64,000 nt of DNA from an uncultured Gemmatimonadales bacterium (GCA_963793305.1 CAWBZV010000005.1:992001-1056000), one strand, 5' to 3'; shown: positions 45,567 through 56,900, numbered from the stretch's first letter. Translations and numbers: made by a program. Notes: generated by a model from the letters alone, not told the origin.

Positions 45567-46141
45567 GCGCCTACCCGCTGGTCCTGGACGGCGACCGCAT
45601 CCGCGCCTTGATCGTGGGCGGCGGGCCCGTGGCGCACCGGAAAGCCGCGGCCTTGCTCGACAGTGGCGCGACCCTGCGCATAGTGGCCGCTGCCCTGTGC
45701 CCGGCAATGCGCGGCCTCGCGGCCCATGAACGCGTGAGCGTCAGCGAACGCGAATATGAGTCGACCGATATCAGCGACGCGACGCTCGTGGTCGCCGCGA
45801 CCGATCGGCGCGAGGTCAATGCGATGGTCGCCGCCGACGCCCATGCCAAGGCGCGTCTCGTCAACGTCGCCGACGAACCGGCCGAGGGCGATTGGGTCAG
45901 CGTCGCCACGCACCGCGCGGGACCGCTCGTGATCGGTGTCTCGGTCGGTGGTGTTCCGACCGCGGCCACTCGCATCCGCGATGCGATCGCCGAGCGATTC
46001 GACCGCCGGTATGTGAGCGCGCTGACGGCGTTGATCGCGCTGCGGCGTCAAGTCCTCGATGCCGGCGGCACGGACGCCTGGCGCCAAGTCGACCGCGAGC
46101 TCGTCGGCCCTGATTTCTGCGAGCGCGTCGAGTGTCAGTAA
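45563..46141 (+). CDS. Precorrin-2 dehydrogenase/ferrochelatase (SirC/Met8, CysG N-terminal type)
   Basis: YPLVL, VGGGPVAHRK, VVAATD…VN, LVNVAD. Confidence 0.9.
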   Translation: MSAYPLVLDGDRIRALIVGGGPVAHRKAAALLDSGATLRIVAAALCPAMRGLAAHERVSVSEREYESTDISDATLVVAATDRREVNAMVAADAHAKARLVNVADEPAEGDWVSVATHRAGPLVIGVSVGGVPTAATRIRDAIAERFDRRYVSALTALIALRRQVLDAGGTDAWRQVDRELVGPDFCERVECQ

Positions 46142-47373
46142 TCGTCGTGGGCGTGAGCCACTGGACCGCGCCGATCGAGGTGCGCGAACGCTGCGCCTTC
46201 AACACGAGCGCCACGCTGCCGGCGCTGGAGATGCTGCGCGCGCAGACCGCGTTGCGCGAAGCCGTTCTGCTCTCCACCTGCAATCGCACGGAAATCTACG
46301 TCGTCGAAGGCGAGCAGGATGCCGTACCGGCGATTTGGTCACTCCTTGGAGAGGAGGCGGCGAGGAGCGGGTACGTCAGGCGAGACCGCGAGGCCGTCCA
46401 CCACTTGATGCGTGTGACCGCCGGTCTCGACGCGATGATTCTCGGCGAGGCGCAGATCCGGGGACAGGTGCGCGATGCCTGGGAAGCGAGCCGGCCACAA
46501 TCCGGCCCGATGCTGAATCGCGCGTTCCAATCGGCCCTCGGCGTCGCGGGCCGCGTCCGCACGGAGACGGCGATCGGGAGAGGCGCCGCATCGGTGAGCT
46601 CGGCGGCAGTGCAACTGGCGAAGCAGATCTTTGGTACACTCGCCGGCCGGAGCGCCATGGTGCTGGGCGCCGGCGACATGGCGGAGTTGGCGCTGGAATG
46701 CTTGGTGAACGAAGGCGTCCGGGCCGCGCTCGTCGCCAACCGCACCTTTGAGCGCGCCGAATCGCTCGCGCGACGCCACGGCGCCACGGCGATTCACTAT
46801 GACGCCTGCTGGCAGCGCCTGGGCAGTGTGGATCTTCTGCTGTGCTCCACCGCCGCGCCGCATCCGATCGTGTTGGAAGAGCACGTCCGTCCGGCGCTCG
46901 CCGCTCGCGGGGGTCGCCCGCTGTGCATTCTCGACATCGCGCTCCCCCGCGATGTCGACCCGGCCGTCGGCACGCTCGACAACGTCTTCCTCTACGACCT
47001 GGATGACCTCCGCGCCGTCGTCGCCGCGAATCTCGACCGCCGCCGCGAGCAGCTGCCGACGGCCGAGCAACTCATCGAGCGCGAGGTCGAGAAGTACTGG
47101 CAGTGGCTGGCGGGACTGGCCGCCGTGCCGGTGGTCACCGACGTCCGCGCGGCGATGGAGCGACTCCGCGAGGCCGAAGTGGCCGCGGCGCTCCGCCGCC
47201 TCGGCGACGTGAGCCCTGAGCAACGCGAAGCGATCGAATACTTATCCAAGGCCCTGATGAACAAATTCTTGCACGAGCCGTCGGTGCGCCTGCGCGCCGC
47301 GGCCGCCAATGGGCGCGGGCTCGGCATCGTGGATGCCGCGCGCTATCTCTTCGGCGTCGACGAGCACCAGTGA
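46132..47373 (+). CDS. hemA: Glutamyl-tRNA reductase
   Basis: GVSHWTAPIEVRE, STCNRTE, GLDAMILGEAQI, GAGDMA, DIALPRD. Confidence 0.96.
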   Translation: MSVIVVGVSHWTAPIEVRERCAFNTSATLPALEMLRAQTALREAVLLSTCNRTEIYVVEGEQDAVPAIWSLLGEEAARSGYVRRDREAVHHLMRVTAGLDAMILGEAQIRGQVRDAWEASRPQSGPMLNRAFQSALGVAGRVRTETAIGRGAASVSSAAVQLAKQIFGTLAGRSAMVLGAGDMAELALECLVNEGVRAALVANRTFERAESLARRHGATAIHYDACWQRLGSVDLLLCSTAAPHPIVLEEHVRPALAARGGRPLCILDIALPRDVDPAVGTLDNVFLYDLDDLRAVVAANLDRRREQLPTAEQLIEREVEKYWQWLAGLAAVPVVTDVRAAMERLREAEVAAALRRLGDVSPEQREAIEYLSKALMNKFLHEPSVRLRAAAANGRGLGIVDAARYLFGVDEHQ

Positions 47374-48341
47374 CGCAACGCGCACTCATCACGGGCGGCG
47401 CGGGATTCATTGGATCCCATGTCGCGGACGCCTTCGTTGCGGCCCAATGGGATGTCACCGTCGCCGACAATCTCTCGACCGGCCGCCGCGAGAATGTCCC
47501 GGACGCCGCGACGTTCGTCGACATCGATGTCACGAGCCCCGACGCGATCCGCGTGGTACGCGACGGTCGGTTCGATGTGATCTGTCATCTGGCCGCGCAG
47601 ATCGACGTGCGGAAAAGCGTCGCCGACCCGGTGCATGACGCGGCCATCAACGTGCTCGGCACGCTCAACATCGTGGAAGCGGTGCGGGCGTCGGGCGGCG
47701 CGGGCCGGACGCGCGTGATTTTCTCCTCGACCGGCGGCGCGTTGTACGGCGATTTCGTGTCGCCGCCGACGGTGGAGACGGCGCCGAAAGACCCGCAATC
47801 GCCCTACGGGATCGCCAAGCTCTCGGCCGAGTACTACCTCGCGTACTACGCTCGACTGCACGCGCTCGACACGGTCGCGTTGCGCTACGCCAACGTCTAC
47901 GGGCCGCGACAGGACCCGCACGGCGAGGCGGGCGTGGTGGCGATATTCTGCAGCCGCATTCTGGAGGGTCGACCCCTGACGGTCTTTGGAGACGGACGAC
48001 AGACGCGCGACTACGTGTTCGTGAAGGACGTTGCGCGGGCCAACCTGGCCGCGGCGACGCGGGACCTGCCGCCCGCCGGTGCGCTCGATGCGCGCGGGTT
48101 CAACATTGGGACGGGCGTCGAGACGAGCGTGCTCGATCTGGCGCGCGGGTTGAATCGCGCCGCCAAAGCGACGGCTCCCATCGAGCACGCGCCGGCGCGC
48201 ACGGGTGAGCAGCAGCGGTCGACGGTCGTGGTCACCAAGGCCGCCGAGCAGTTGGGGTGGCGGCCGACGGTGTCGCTCGATGCCGGGCTGGCCGAGACGT
48301 TCCAGTATTTCGCCCGGCAGCGGGCCGCCGAGGCCGTATGA
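47370..48341 (+). CDS. NAD-dependent epimerase (UDP-glucose 4-epimerase-like)
   Basis: TGGAGFIGSH, SSTGGALYG, YGIAK, NVYGPRQDPHGEAGVV. Confidence 0.88.
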   Translation: MTQRALITGGAGFIGSHVADAFVAAQWDVTVADNLSTGRRENVPDAATFVDIDVTSPDAIRVVRDGRFDVICHLAAQIDVRKSVADPVHDAAINVLGTLNIVEAVRASGGAGRTRVIFSSTGGALYGDFVSPPTVETAPKDPQSPYGIAKLSAEYYLAYYARLHALDTVALRYANVYGPRQDPHGEAGVVAIFCSRILEGRPLTVFGDGRQTRDYVFVKDVARANLAAATRDLPPAGALDARGFNIGTGVETSVLDLARGLNRAAKATAPIEHAPARTGEQQRSTVVVTKAAEQLGWRPTVSLDAGLAETFQYFARQRAAEAV

Positions 48342-49087
48342 TTCTCGCCCAGATTGGTTCAGCGATCCCGACGTTGCCCCTCGGGTTGATCATCGCATCG
48401 ACACTGGTCACAAAAATTATTCTGGGCATCCTCGTCGCGCTCTCGTTACTGAGTTGGACCATCATGTTCGCGAAGTGGCGCCAGTTCGCGTCACTGGATC
48501 GGGTGAGCCGGGATTTCCTGACGCGATTCGAACACGCCGAGCGCTTCGAGCAGGCGGCGGCCCTGGCATCCCGGTCCGTCTCGAACCCGTATACGCGCAT
48601 TCTCGCCCGCGCGGCCCAATTCATCCAAGCGTCGGGGCGCTCCAGTGGCCAAGTCGCGATGCCGGGGGCAGGCGGCACCGCGGTCGCAGCTCCTCCCGCA
48701 CGCGCCACGGCGGTCACCGTCGCTCAAGTCGAGGCGATGCGCCTGTTGCTGGATGCCGAGACGAACGAGGAACGGGATCGCGTGTCTCATTTCATTCCAT
48801 CGCTCGGCACCATTGGGTCAGTCAGCCCGCTCATCGGCCTGCTCGGTACCGTCCTGGGCGTCATCGACGCGTTTATCGGTCTCGCGGCACATGGATCCGG
48901 CAACATTGGCGCGGTCGCGCCAGGCGTGGCTGAAGCACTCATTGCCACGGCCGCGGCGCTGAGCGTGGCCATTCCCGCGGTATTCGGATACAACGTCTAT
49001 GCGAACCGCCTCAATCGGTTTGACAATCAGCTCGAAGCGTTCGGGTCCGAGGTGATTGCGCTCGCCGTTCGCGAAGGTCGTGTGTAG
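48338..49087 (+). CDS. tolQ: TolQ (MotA/TolQ/ExbB family)
   Basis: SPLIGLLGTVLG, VAPGVAEALIATA…AIPAV; in tol-pal cluster. Confidence 0.88.
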   Translation: MILAQIGSAIPTLPLGLIIASTLVTKIILGILVALSLLSWTIMFAKWRQFASLDRVSRDFLTRFEHAERFEQAAALASRSVSNPYTRILARAAQFIQASGRSSGQVAMPGAGGTAVAAPPARATAVTVAQVEAMRLLLDAETNEERDRVSHFIPSLGTIGSVSPLIGLLGTVLGVIDAFIGLAAHGSGNIGAVAPGVAEALIATAAALSVAIPAVFGYNVYANRLNRFDNQLEAFGSEVIALAVREGRV

Positions 49088-49503
49088 TGGCCAGTCGCCG
49101 TCGTGGTGAACGCCTCGCGATAAACGCGGAGATCAACGTCGTCAGTCTGATCGACGTGATGATGCTGCTCATGATCATTTTCATGATCACCGCGCCGATC
49201 ATGCAGGGTGGCGTCGACGTGAACCTCCCAAAGGCCGAAGCCAAGCCACTGGAACCCAAGAGTGGCCTCGTCGTTACCGTCGACCACGCCGGTCAAATAA
49301 CAGTTGACGAGACGAAGCTCTCGTACAGCGAGTTTCGCGCGAGCTTCAAGGCGCTGGCGGCACAGCGTGGCAAGGAAGGTGTGTATCTCCGGGCCGATGC
49401 CGGCGTCCCATATGGCACAGTGGTCCAGGTGCTCGCGGTGATGCGCAACGCAGGAGTATCCGACATCGGCATGGTGGCCGAGCCGGAGGAGATCAAGCAG
49501 TGA
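49087..49503 (+). CDS. tolR: TolR (ExbD/TolR family)
   Basis: EINVVSLIDVMMLLMIIFMITAP, LRAD..VPYG. Confidence 0.88.
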   Translation: MASRRRGERLAINAEINVVSLIDVMMLLMIIFMITAPIMQGGVDVNLPKAEAKPLEPKSGLVVTVDHAGQITVDETKLSYSEFRASFKALAAQRGKEGVYLRADAGVPYGTVVQVLAVMRNAGVSDIGMVAEPEEIKQ

Positions 49504-49588
49504 CATGACCGGAGCTGGCCGGCCAAGCTCTGTCCAACCGACCAGTCGACCCGCGTAGCGGCGTCGACGCGCGGCGAGCCGCGCTCCC

Positions 49589-50278
49589 ATGGGGAGCTCG
49601 TTCGGTGCCGCAGCGCTGTTACATGTGGGATTCGTCGCGGCGCTGGTATTCCTCGCGCGCCAGTCGCCGTCGGTGATGCCGCCCGTCTACCGGGTGAACA
49701 TCCTCGCCGCGCCACCGGGGCCGACGCGGGAGATCGGGATCGTGCCATCGACGCCGACTCCACCACCGCCGCCGACGCCCGAGCCGGTCGCGCCGCCGCC
49801 CCTCACGCAGCCGCCACCCGTCGTGCCGACGTTCACGCCCAAGAAGCCCGATGCGGTGCCGAAGCCCAAGCGGGCGACGCCGACGACCGCGCCGCCGCCG
49901 AAGCCCTCGGTGCAGCAGCCGATTGCGCAGGGTGGTCCCCAGGGGGGGACGGGCACCGACGTCGCGACCGTGCAACTCGATCAGGGAATAGACTTTCCAT
50001 ATCCGGCATACCTGAATAACATCGTGCGGCAGGTCGCGCTCAACTTCAAGCCGGATGATCCGAACACGGCGTTGCACGCGGTGGTCTTCTTTTTGATCCG
50101 TCGTGATGGGACGGTGGCCGGGGTGCAGTTCCGGACCCGGTCGGGCGATTATGCGTTTGATCTCGAGGCGCGCGGCGCGATCGAGAAAGCGGCCGGCGCG
50201 TTTGGCGCACTACCCGACGGGTTCCATGACGACGTCCTTCCGGTGTATTTCAGTTTCGATCCCCGCCTTCTTCACTGA
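49589..50278 (+). CDS. TolA/TonB-like energy transducer
   Basis: TM with SxxxxxxxH, Pro-rich linker, C-terminal domain (FLIRRDG…SG…FD). Confidence 0.82.
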   Translation: MGSSFGAAALLHVGFVAALVFLARQSPSVMPPVYRVNILAAPPGPTREIGIVPSTPTPPPPPTPEPVAPPPLTQPPPVVPTFTPKKPDAVPKPKRATPTTAPPPKPSVQQPIAQGGPQGGTGTDVATVQLDQGIDFPYPAYLNNIVRQVALNFKPDDPNTALHAVVFFLIRRDGTVAGVQFRTRSGDYAFDLEARGAIEKAAGAFGALPDGFHDDVLPVYFSFDPRLLH

Positions 50279-51574
50279 GTGATGCGACGATATAAATCTT
50301 ATGTTGCGGCGACACTGATATTGACCGCGATCGCCGCTTCCCACGCGCGCGCCCAGGATACGACCAAGAGGGGCGTTCACATTGGCTTGCAGTATTCGCC
50401 CGGTACCCGTCCGGGGGTCGTCGTCCTTCCGATGCTGGGCGTTGGTGGAGACTCGGCCCAAGCGATCATCCAGCGCGATCTCGACTATGGCGATCGCCTC
50501 ACGATGATCCAGAACGTCGGCGATATCGGCGTGACCACGGCGAATGTCAACTATGGGCTGTTCGCGAAGCTCGGCGCCGCCGCGATCGTGCAGGGATTTC
50601 TGGGCCCGACGGCGCTCCACGTGCTCGTGCACGATGTCCGCGGCCAGAAGATTCTCGTGACGCGCGATTTCGCGGTGCCCGCGACCGTCGGGACGCCGGA
50701 ATGGCGATTCGCCCTCCACGCCGCCTCCGACGAGATCGAGAAGTCGATCACGGGCATACGCGGCATTGCCGCGACCCGCGTGCTCTTCGTGCGCGATGGC
50801 CAGATCTATGTCTGCGATGCCGACGGCTACGGTGTGAAGGCACTGAGCCCTAAAGAAGGCGCCATGTCACCCGCGTGGCATCCGTCGGGCCGTTACATCG
50901 CGTATAGCGTGTTCACGAGGGCGGGTACGGAGATCGTCATACAGGATCTGACGAATGGCGGGACGCGCCATCTTGTTGCCACCCCAGGCGGGCTCAACAG
51001 TGCGCCAGTGTTCACGCCCGATGGCAAATGGGTCGTCTATGCTCACGGTGACGAGGTCGGTACCGACCTGTTCGCGGCGAATCCGTTCTCGAATGATCCC
51101 GCGCGACGGATCACCGTGGGTCATGGCACGGACAATACGCAGCCCACGTTCAGCCCCGATGGCCAACAAATCGCGTTCACCTCGGGTCGCTCCGGACACC
51201 CGGAGATATATATTACCGACTTCGATGGGACGAACGCGGAGTTATTGACGCCGTTCGAGTTCGGAGGCGAGTTCTATCGTGAGGGCCCGGACTGGTCGCC
51301 CGATGGTCGGTCAGTCGCTTTCGGATCGTGGATCGGTGGAATATTCCAAATCGAGACGATCAGTCTCCGCGACCGCAGCGTCAAGCAGCTCACGAGCGAA
51401 GGCCGCAACGAAGATCCATCATACGCGCCGGACAGTCGCCACGTGGTGTTCACGTCGACGCGTTCGGGTGTGCATCAACTGTGGGTGCTGGATGTCGAGT
51501 CGGGCCGCGTGCGGCAACTCACGTTCGGCAGCGAGGCACGCCTCGCGGCCTGGTCGCGCGCACTCGTTCCATAG
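50279..51574 (+). CDS. tolB: TolB beta-propeller protein
   Basis: Signal peptide; PD40 repeats (SPAWHPSG, PTFSPDG, PDWSPDG). Confidence 0.9.
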   Translation: MMRRYKSYVAATLILTAIAASHARAQDTTKRGVHIGLQYSPGTRPGVVVLPMLGVGGDSAQAIIQRDLDYGDRLTMIQNVGDIGVTTANVNYGLFAKLGAAAIVQGFLGPTALHVLVHDVRGQKILVTRDFAVPATVGTPEWRFALHAASDEIEKSITGIRGIAATRVLFVRDGQIYVCDADGYGVKALSPKEGAMSPAWHPSGRYIAYSVFTRAGTEIVIQDLTNGGTRHLVATPGGLNSAPVFTPDGKWVVYAHGDEVGTDLFAANPFSNDPARRITVGHGTDNTQPTFSPDGQQIAFTSGRSGHPEIYITDFDGTNAELLTPFEFGGEFYREGPDWSPDGRSVAFGSWIGGIFQIETISLRDRSVKQLTSEGRNEDPSYAPDSRHVVFTSTRSGVHQLWVLDVESGRVRQLTFGSEARLAAWSRALVP

Positions 51575-51616
51575 GGTTGGTTTCTGTGCTAATTCCTTTC
51601 TCTGGAGAGTAAAGCA

Positions 51617-52228
51617 ATGACCCGCTTGTCACGCGTCGTTCCTCTGACCCTGATGGTGATCGCGGCGGCGGTAGCGGCTGCCTGTGGCGGGAGTAAGCCG
51701 ACCCCGGCTCCGACGCCCGCAGCGGCGCCGACGACGCCATCCGGCCCGAACACTGATAGCATCGATCAGGCGCGCCGGGATTCGATCGCGCGCGCGCAGC
51801 GAACGGCTGACAGTCTGCGCGCCGAGCAGGATCGCCTCGCCGCCGCCATCGCCGCGGCGCGCAACACGATCACGGCGATGATCTACTTCGATCTCGACAA
51901 GTCGGATCTGACGGATCAGGACAAGGCATCGCTCGATCAGAAGATCCCGATTCTCAATGCCAACGCGAGCCTGCGCATTCGCGTCGGGGGCAATTGCGAT
52001 GAGCGTGGCTCCGACGAGTACAACCTCGCCCTCGGCCAGCGCCGCGCCGCTGCCGCCAAGCGCTATCTCACCGATCACGGCGTCGACGGTTCGCGCATCG
52101 ACGTGATCTCGTACGGCAAAGAGCGTCCAGTCGCCCAGGGCCACGACGAAGGCGCGTGGGCGCAGAATCGTAACGACCAGTTTGAAATCACCGCCGGCGG
52201 CGATAACCTCCGCACGTCAGGTCAGTGA
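51617..52228 (+). CDS. pal: Peptidoglycan-associated lipoprotein
   Basis: Lipobox AAAC; IYFDLD, GNCDERGSDEYNLALGQRRA, SYGKERP. Confidence 0.95.
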   Translation: MTRLSRVVPLTLMVIAAAVAAACGGSKPTPAPTPAAAPTTPSGPNTDSIDQARRDSIARAQRTADSLRAEQDRLAAAIAAARNTITAMIYFDLDKSDLTDQDKASLDQKIPILNANASLRIRVGGNCDERGSDEYNLALGQRRAAAAKRYLTDHGVDGSRIDVISYGKERPVAQGHDEGAWAQNRNDQFEITAGGDNLRTSGQ

Positions 52229-53106
52229 CCGGTAGGTCAATCGCTCGATGGTGCATGATCCCGGCCGTGATCCTTGCGGCCGGGGCGTGTTTCGCGACGC
52301 GCGAGGACGTGCGCTTGCTGCAGACGCAGTTGCAGCAATACCAAGCGCAAGCGGCTCAATCCGACTCGGTGCGCAAGACGCAGCTCGATCGAGTCATCGA
52401 GCAACTGGGCCTTGTCGGTGACTCCCTCGGGGACCTCGGCACACGCCTGACCAAGTTTCAGGGCGATGTCGAGGGCTCTGTCTACTCGATGGGTCAGCAA
52501 CTGATCCAGATCCAGGAGCTCACTGGCCAGAGCCAGCGGCGCCTCCAAGAGCTGCGAGCGGGGCTGGAAGTGCAGCGCGGCACATTCGCGCAACCGACCC
52601 CCGGGGCGCCAGGCCAGCCAATCGGGACCACACCAGGAATGGCTAGTGGGGTGGATAGCGGCCGTACGGTAGTTGCCGCGACGCCACCGGCGACCACTGC
52701 CGCAGCCACGCCAGGCGGCGGGGCGGGAACGCCAGGCCCCAATGAGCTGTACCAGTTGGCACTGGATCAACTGCGCCGGGGTAGCACGGGTGCGGCGCGC
52801 TCGGCGCTGACCGATCTGCTCAAGCAGTACCCAAATGCGGACGTAGCCTCGGACGCGCAGTTCTATGTGGCCGACTCGTACGATCGCGAGGGAAACACCG
52901 CGGCGGCGGATTCGGTGTACCAGTTGGTCGTTCAGCGCTATCCGTCGTCCGAGCGGGCGCCGACGGCGCTGTACAAGCACGGTCTGACGCTCGTCACCGC
53001 CGGCAAGGTGCAGGCGGCCCGGGCGGCGCTCCAGCAGGTCGTTTCGAAGTATCCGCGGTCGGACGAGGCGGTACTCGCCAAGGATCGGCTGCGAACCCTG
53101 AAGTAG
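52225..53106 (+). CDS. cpoB: Tol-Pal coordinator CpoB/YbgF
   Basis: Lipoprotein, N-terminal coiled coil, C-terminal TPRs (YP.S..APTALYK); follows pal. Confidence 0.85.
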   Translation: MTGRSIARWCMIPAVILAAGACFATREDVRLLQTQLQQYQAQAAQSDSVRKTQLDRVIEQLGLVGDSLGDLGTRLTKFQGDVEGSVYSMGQQLIQIQELTGQSQRRLQELRAGLEVQRGTFAQPTPGAPGQPIGTTPGMASGVDSGRTVVAATPPATTAAATPGGGAGTPGPNELYQLALDQLRRGSTGAARSALTDLLKQYPNADVASDAQFYVADSYDREGNTAAADSVYQLVVQRYPSSERAPTALYKHGLTLVTAGKVQAARAALQQVVSKYPRSDEAVLAKDRLRTLK

Positions 53107-53120
53107 GGTCTCTTCTAGCC

Positions 53121-53918
53121 GTGAAGAAATCGTCTAGCCCGCGCACGCCAACCGCCGAGATGCCGTTCCTCGATCACCTCGAGGAGCTGCGCTGGCGCAT
53201 CATCTGGTCGCTGGGCGCGGTCCTGATCACAGTTGCGCTCTCGTTCGGGGCGCTCACGCAGGTCGATGTGATCAAGATCCTGTCTCGCCCGATCCTTCCG
53301 TATCTCCCGAAGGGTCAGAAACTCGTCTACACGCATCCGACCGACTCGTTCATGATCTATGTGACGCTGTCGATCGTCCTCGGCGTGGTCGTCGCCTCGC
53401 CGGTCGTGGTCTACCAGGCATGGGCCTTTCTGTCGCCGGCGCTCCATCAGAACGAAAAGAAACTCGTCGTGCCGGTCGCGATCGGCGCGGCGGGGCTCTT
53501 TCTCTGCGGCGTGTCCCTGTCGTACTTCGGCGTGCTGCCCCTGGCGCTCCAATGGCTGCTCAACTTCCAGTCGGCGTCATTGCAGCCGATGATCAGCGTG
53601 CACGAGTACTTCGATTTCTTGTTCACGATGTCACTCGCGTTCGGCATCGCCTTCGAGCTGCCGATCGTCATTCTCGTCCTGACCGCGCTGGGGTTCGTGT
53701 CGCCGATGTTCCTCCGCAAGTATCGGCGGCACGCGATCGTGCTCTGCGTCTTCGTGGGCGCGTTCCTGACGCCGGGTGACCTCGTGTGGACGACGCTGGC
53801 CATGGCCGTACCGCTCTATGTGCTGTACGAATTGAGCATTGTGCTGTCGACGGTCGTCTACCGTCGCCAGCACAAGGGCGAAGACGACGTGCAACAGAAG
53901 CGCCTGATCACCGCGTGA
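53121..53918 (+). CDS. tatC: Twin-arginine translocase TatC
   Basis: EMPFLDHLEELRWR, FLSPAL, FELP, LTPGD, LYELSI. Confidence 0.96.
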   Translation: MKKSSSPRTPTAEMPFLDHLEELRWRIIWSLGAVLITVALSFGALTQVDVIKILSRPILPYLPKGQKLVYTHPTDSFMIYVTLSIVLGVVVASPVVVYQAWAFLSPALHQNEKKLVVPVAIGAAGLFLCGVSLSYFGVLPLALQWLLNFQSASLQPMISVHEYFDFLFTMSLAFGIAFELPIVILVLTALGFVSPMFLRKYRRHAIVLCVFVGAFLTPGDLVWTTLAMAVPLYVLYELSIVLSTVVYRRQHKGEDDVQQKRLITA

Positions 53919-56900
53919 GAGCCGCTCAGTGGCTCGTCGCGGCGGCTCTGCTCGCCGCGGTCGCGCCAGCATGGGTAGCGGGTCAGCAGCCGGGGCAACC
54001 GCCACCGAATATCCCGCAGCAATATCCGAACAACCCGAACGCGCGCCGCGCGAATCGGGATTCGATCCGCCAGGACTCGGTCCGCAAGCTCTACGCGTCC
54101 GACAGCGTCAAGCACACGGTGCATTGGATCGAAGCCGACTCCATGACCAATCTGCTGCTCGACAAAGACGGCTACTCGCACACGCGCTACCAGGGGCGCC
54201 AGGCGCATCTCAATGCTCAGACGCACGAGCTCCAGATCGAGGGCGAGCGGGGCATCAACGTCGGCCGGGCGGCCGTCGACCGCGACACGACGCTGATCAT
54301 CGGCAACACCATTCGCTACAACGACAGCACGCAGCGCGTCTATGCCAAGGGCGATACGATCGTCCTGCACGACCCGACCTCAAACGAAAGCAACGTCTTT
54401 TCATTCAACTCGCTGACCTATGACGTCGGCACGCATACCGCGGTGGTCACGTCGGTGTCGACCGACTATACGCAAAGCGGCCAACAATGGTTCATCCAAG
54501 CCGAGAAAGCCGCCTACGTTGGCGATACGGTCAAGGGGCCAAAGGGAGGCCACAATATCTTCTATGGCCGCTACGGCGACATCACCACCTGCGACGACTC
54601 GTTCCCGCACTATCACATTCGAGGCGGTGAGCTCAAGTACGTGTCGAAACAGGTGCTGGTGATTCGCCCGGCGGTGTTATACATCGCCAATGTCCCGATT
54701 CTGTGGCTGCCGTTCATGTTTCAAGATCTCCGGCGTGGCCGACGCAGCGGCATCCTGACGCCGAGGTTCGGTTTCACCGAACTGTTGCGCAACAGTCCGA
54801 CCTATCGCCGGCACGTCGAGAACGTCGGGTACTACTTCGTGATGGGCCAGTACGCGGATTTCACGACGTGGCTCGACTGGCGAAGCGGCGCTCGCGCCAA
54901 CGTCGGCGACCCGGGATTCACGCAATACAACGGAGAATTCCGCTACCGGTGGCTCGATCGCTTCCTGGACGGCGATCTCGCCGCGAACTACCGCACGCAG
55001 CAAGACGGTTCGACGAACACCGCGATCTACTGGAACCACCGGCAAGATTTCTCGCTGCACTCGCACCTGCAGCTCAACATCAATTACGTCACGAGCACGG
55101 TCGTCCAGCAGAACTCCTACCTCAACCCGTACGCGGCGCTCGCCAACATCAACTCCCAGCTCAACTACCAGCAGGACGTGGGGCCCGCGTCGATGAGTCT
55201 GGGCGGCACGCAAACCCAGTACCCGGGTCAGACGCGACTCGACCGGACCTTCCCGACGCTGAGCATCACGTCGAAACCGGTGAGCGCCGGCACCTGGCTC
55301 ACCTGGTCTCCATCGTTCTCGGCGACGAACGCGCAGAGCTACGGGCTCGACCAGCCTGGCGACTTCGCCTACCTCTATGGCGTCACCCAGGAAGGCCAGC
55401 TCGACTCGACGCTCCGCAATCGCGACACGCGGAACTCCTCGGCGTCCTTCGACACGCCGCTCAAGATCTTCGGGTTCAACTGGCGCAACTCGTTCCGCGT
55501 CCGGGATCAGTACAACAACTACCCGGTGAACGATGTCATCTACGTCCCGACGAAGATCGACGGGCGGGACACGACCGTGTCGACGACCCGCACGTATCGC
55601 ACATCCTACGCGACCGCGCTCGACTGGGATACGGGCATCGATCTGCCGTCCATCCTCCAAGGCTCGTGGAACATTGTCCCTAGCGTCTCGGTGGTGAACG
55701 CCGACGGACAGGCGCCGTTTCTCCAACGCACCGAGCTCTCGGGCGACTCTTGGGTGAGCCAGGGCAAGAACCTCGTGTACGGCCTCTCGGTCTCGCCGAC
55801 ATTCTTCGGCTTGTTCCCCGGCATCCTGGGCATCTCGCGCATTCGACATTCGATCACGACGACGCTGACGTTCGACTACGCGTCGGCGGCGCACACGAGC
55901 ACCGCGTTCCTGCTCGCCAACGGCCAGAACCCGGTCGGCTATCTCGGCAACCTGGCGCAGGAGTCGGCGACCCTTGGCCTCTCCACCAACATCGAGGCCA
56001 AGTTCCGCGACGGTCCGGATACGGCGCCCGACAACGGGACCAAGATCAAGCTCCTCTCCCTCAACTTCGATCCCATCACCTGGGACTTCGCGCGCGCGGC
56101 CGCCACGCACCACACGGGACTCACCAACACGAGCTTCGGCTACGACATCCGCACGGACCTGATTCCCGGGCTCGATTTCCGCGAGTCGTACTCGCTCTTC
56201 CAAGGCAATCCCGAGAGCGATACGGCCGTGTTCAAGCCGTTTCTGACGTCGATCAGCGCGTCCGTCTCGTTCGGCGCCAACTCGCACATCCTGGATCCCT
56301 TCAAGAAGCTGCTCGGTATCAAAGTGGAGCAGAAAAAGCCGGACTCGCTCGCGGGACGTGACCCGTTCTTTCAACAGCAGGCCCAAGCGGGACACGTCGC
56401 CGGCCAGGGTGCGCAATACTCCCAGTATTCGATCCCGACGATCGGCGCCAGCGGGTGGAACGTCTCCCTCACGTTCACCGAGAATCAACAGCGTCCGCTG
56501 GTGGGCGACACGGCGGGCGCGATCGCATACAACCCGGCTCTCATATGCGCCCAGTTCCAGGCCACGAACCCGACGCTCTACGCTGTCTGCGTCTATCAGA
56601 AACAGCACTCGATCGCGAGCTCGGACACCTCGCTCATCAGCAGCGGCTACAACTGCACCACCCAAGCGTGCCCGCCGGTGGTCGTGCCGCCCCAAAGTTC
56701 ACTCGCCGCCTCGCTCGCCTTCAGTTTGACCCCCCGCTGGTCGGCCCAGTGGCAGACCACCTACGACTTCACGCGGCATAATTTCGCGAGCCAGGTGGTC
56801 ACGCTCCAGCGGGACCTGCACGACTGGAAAGCCGTATTCTCCTTCACCCAATCACCGACCGGCAGCTTCGGCTTTACGTTCTTCGTCGCGCTCAAGGCCG

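Noticed and set aside
49556..49558. Pyrrolysine or genome-wide TAG recoding
   Set aside because: TAG is an ordinary stop for many genes here (rpsD, secA, rel, hutI); no pyl genes seen
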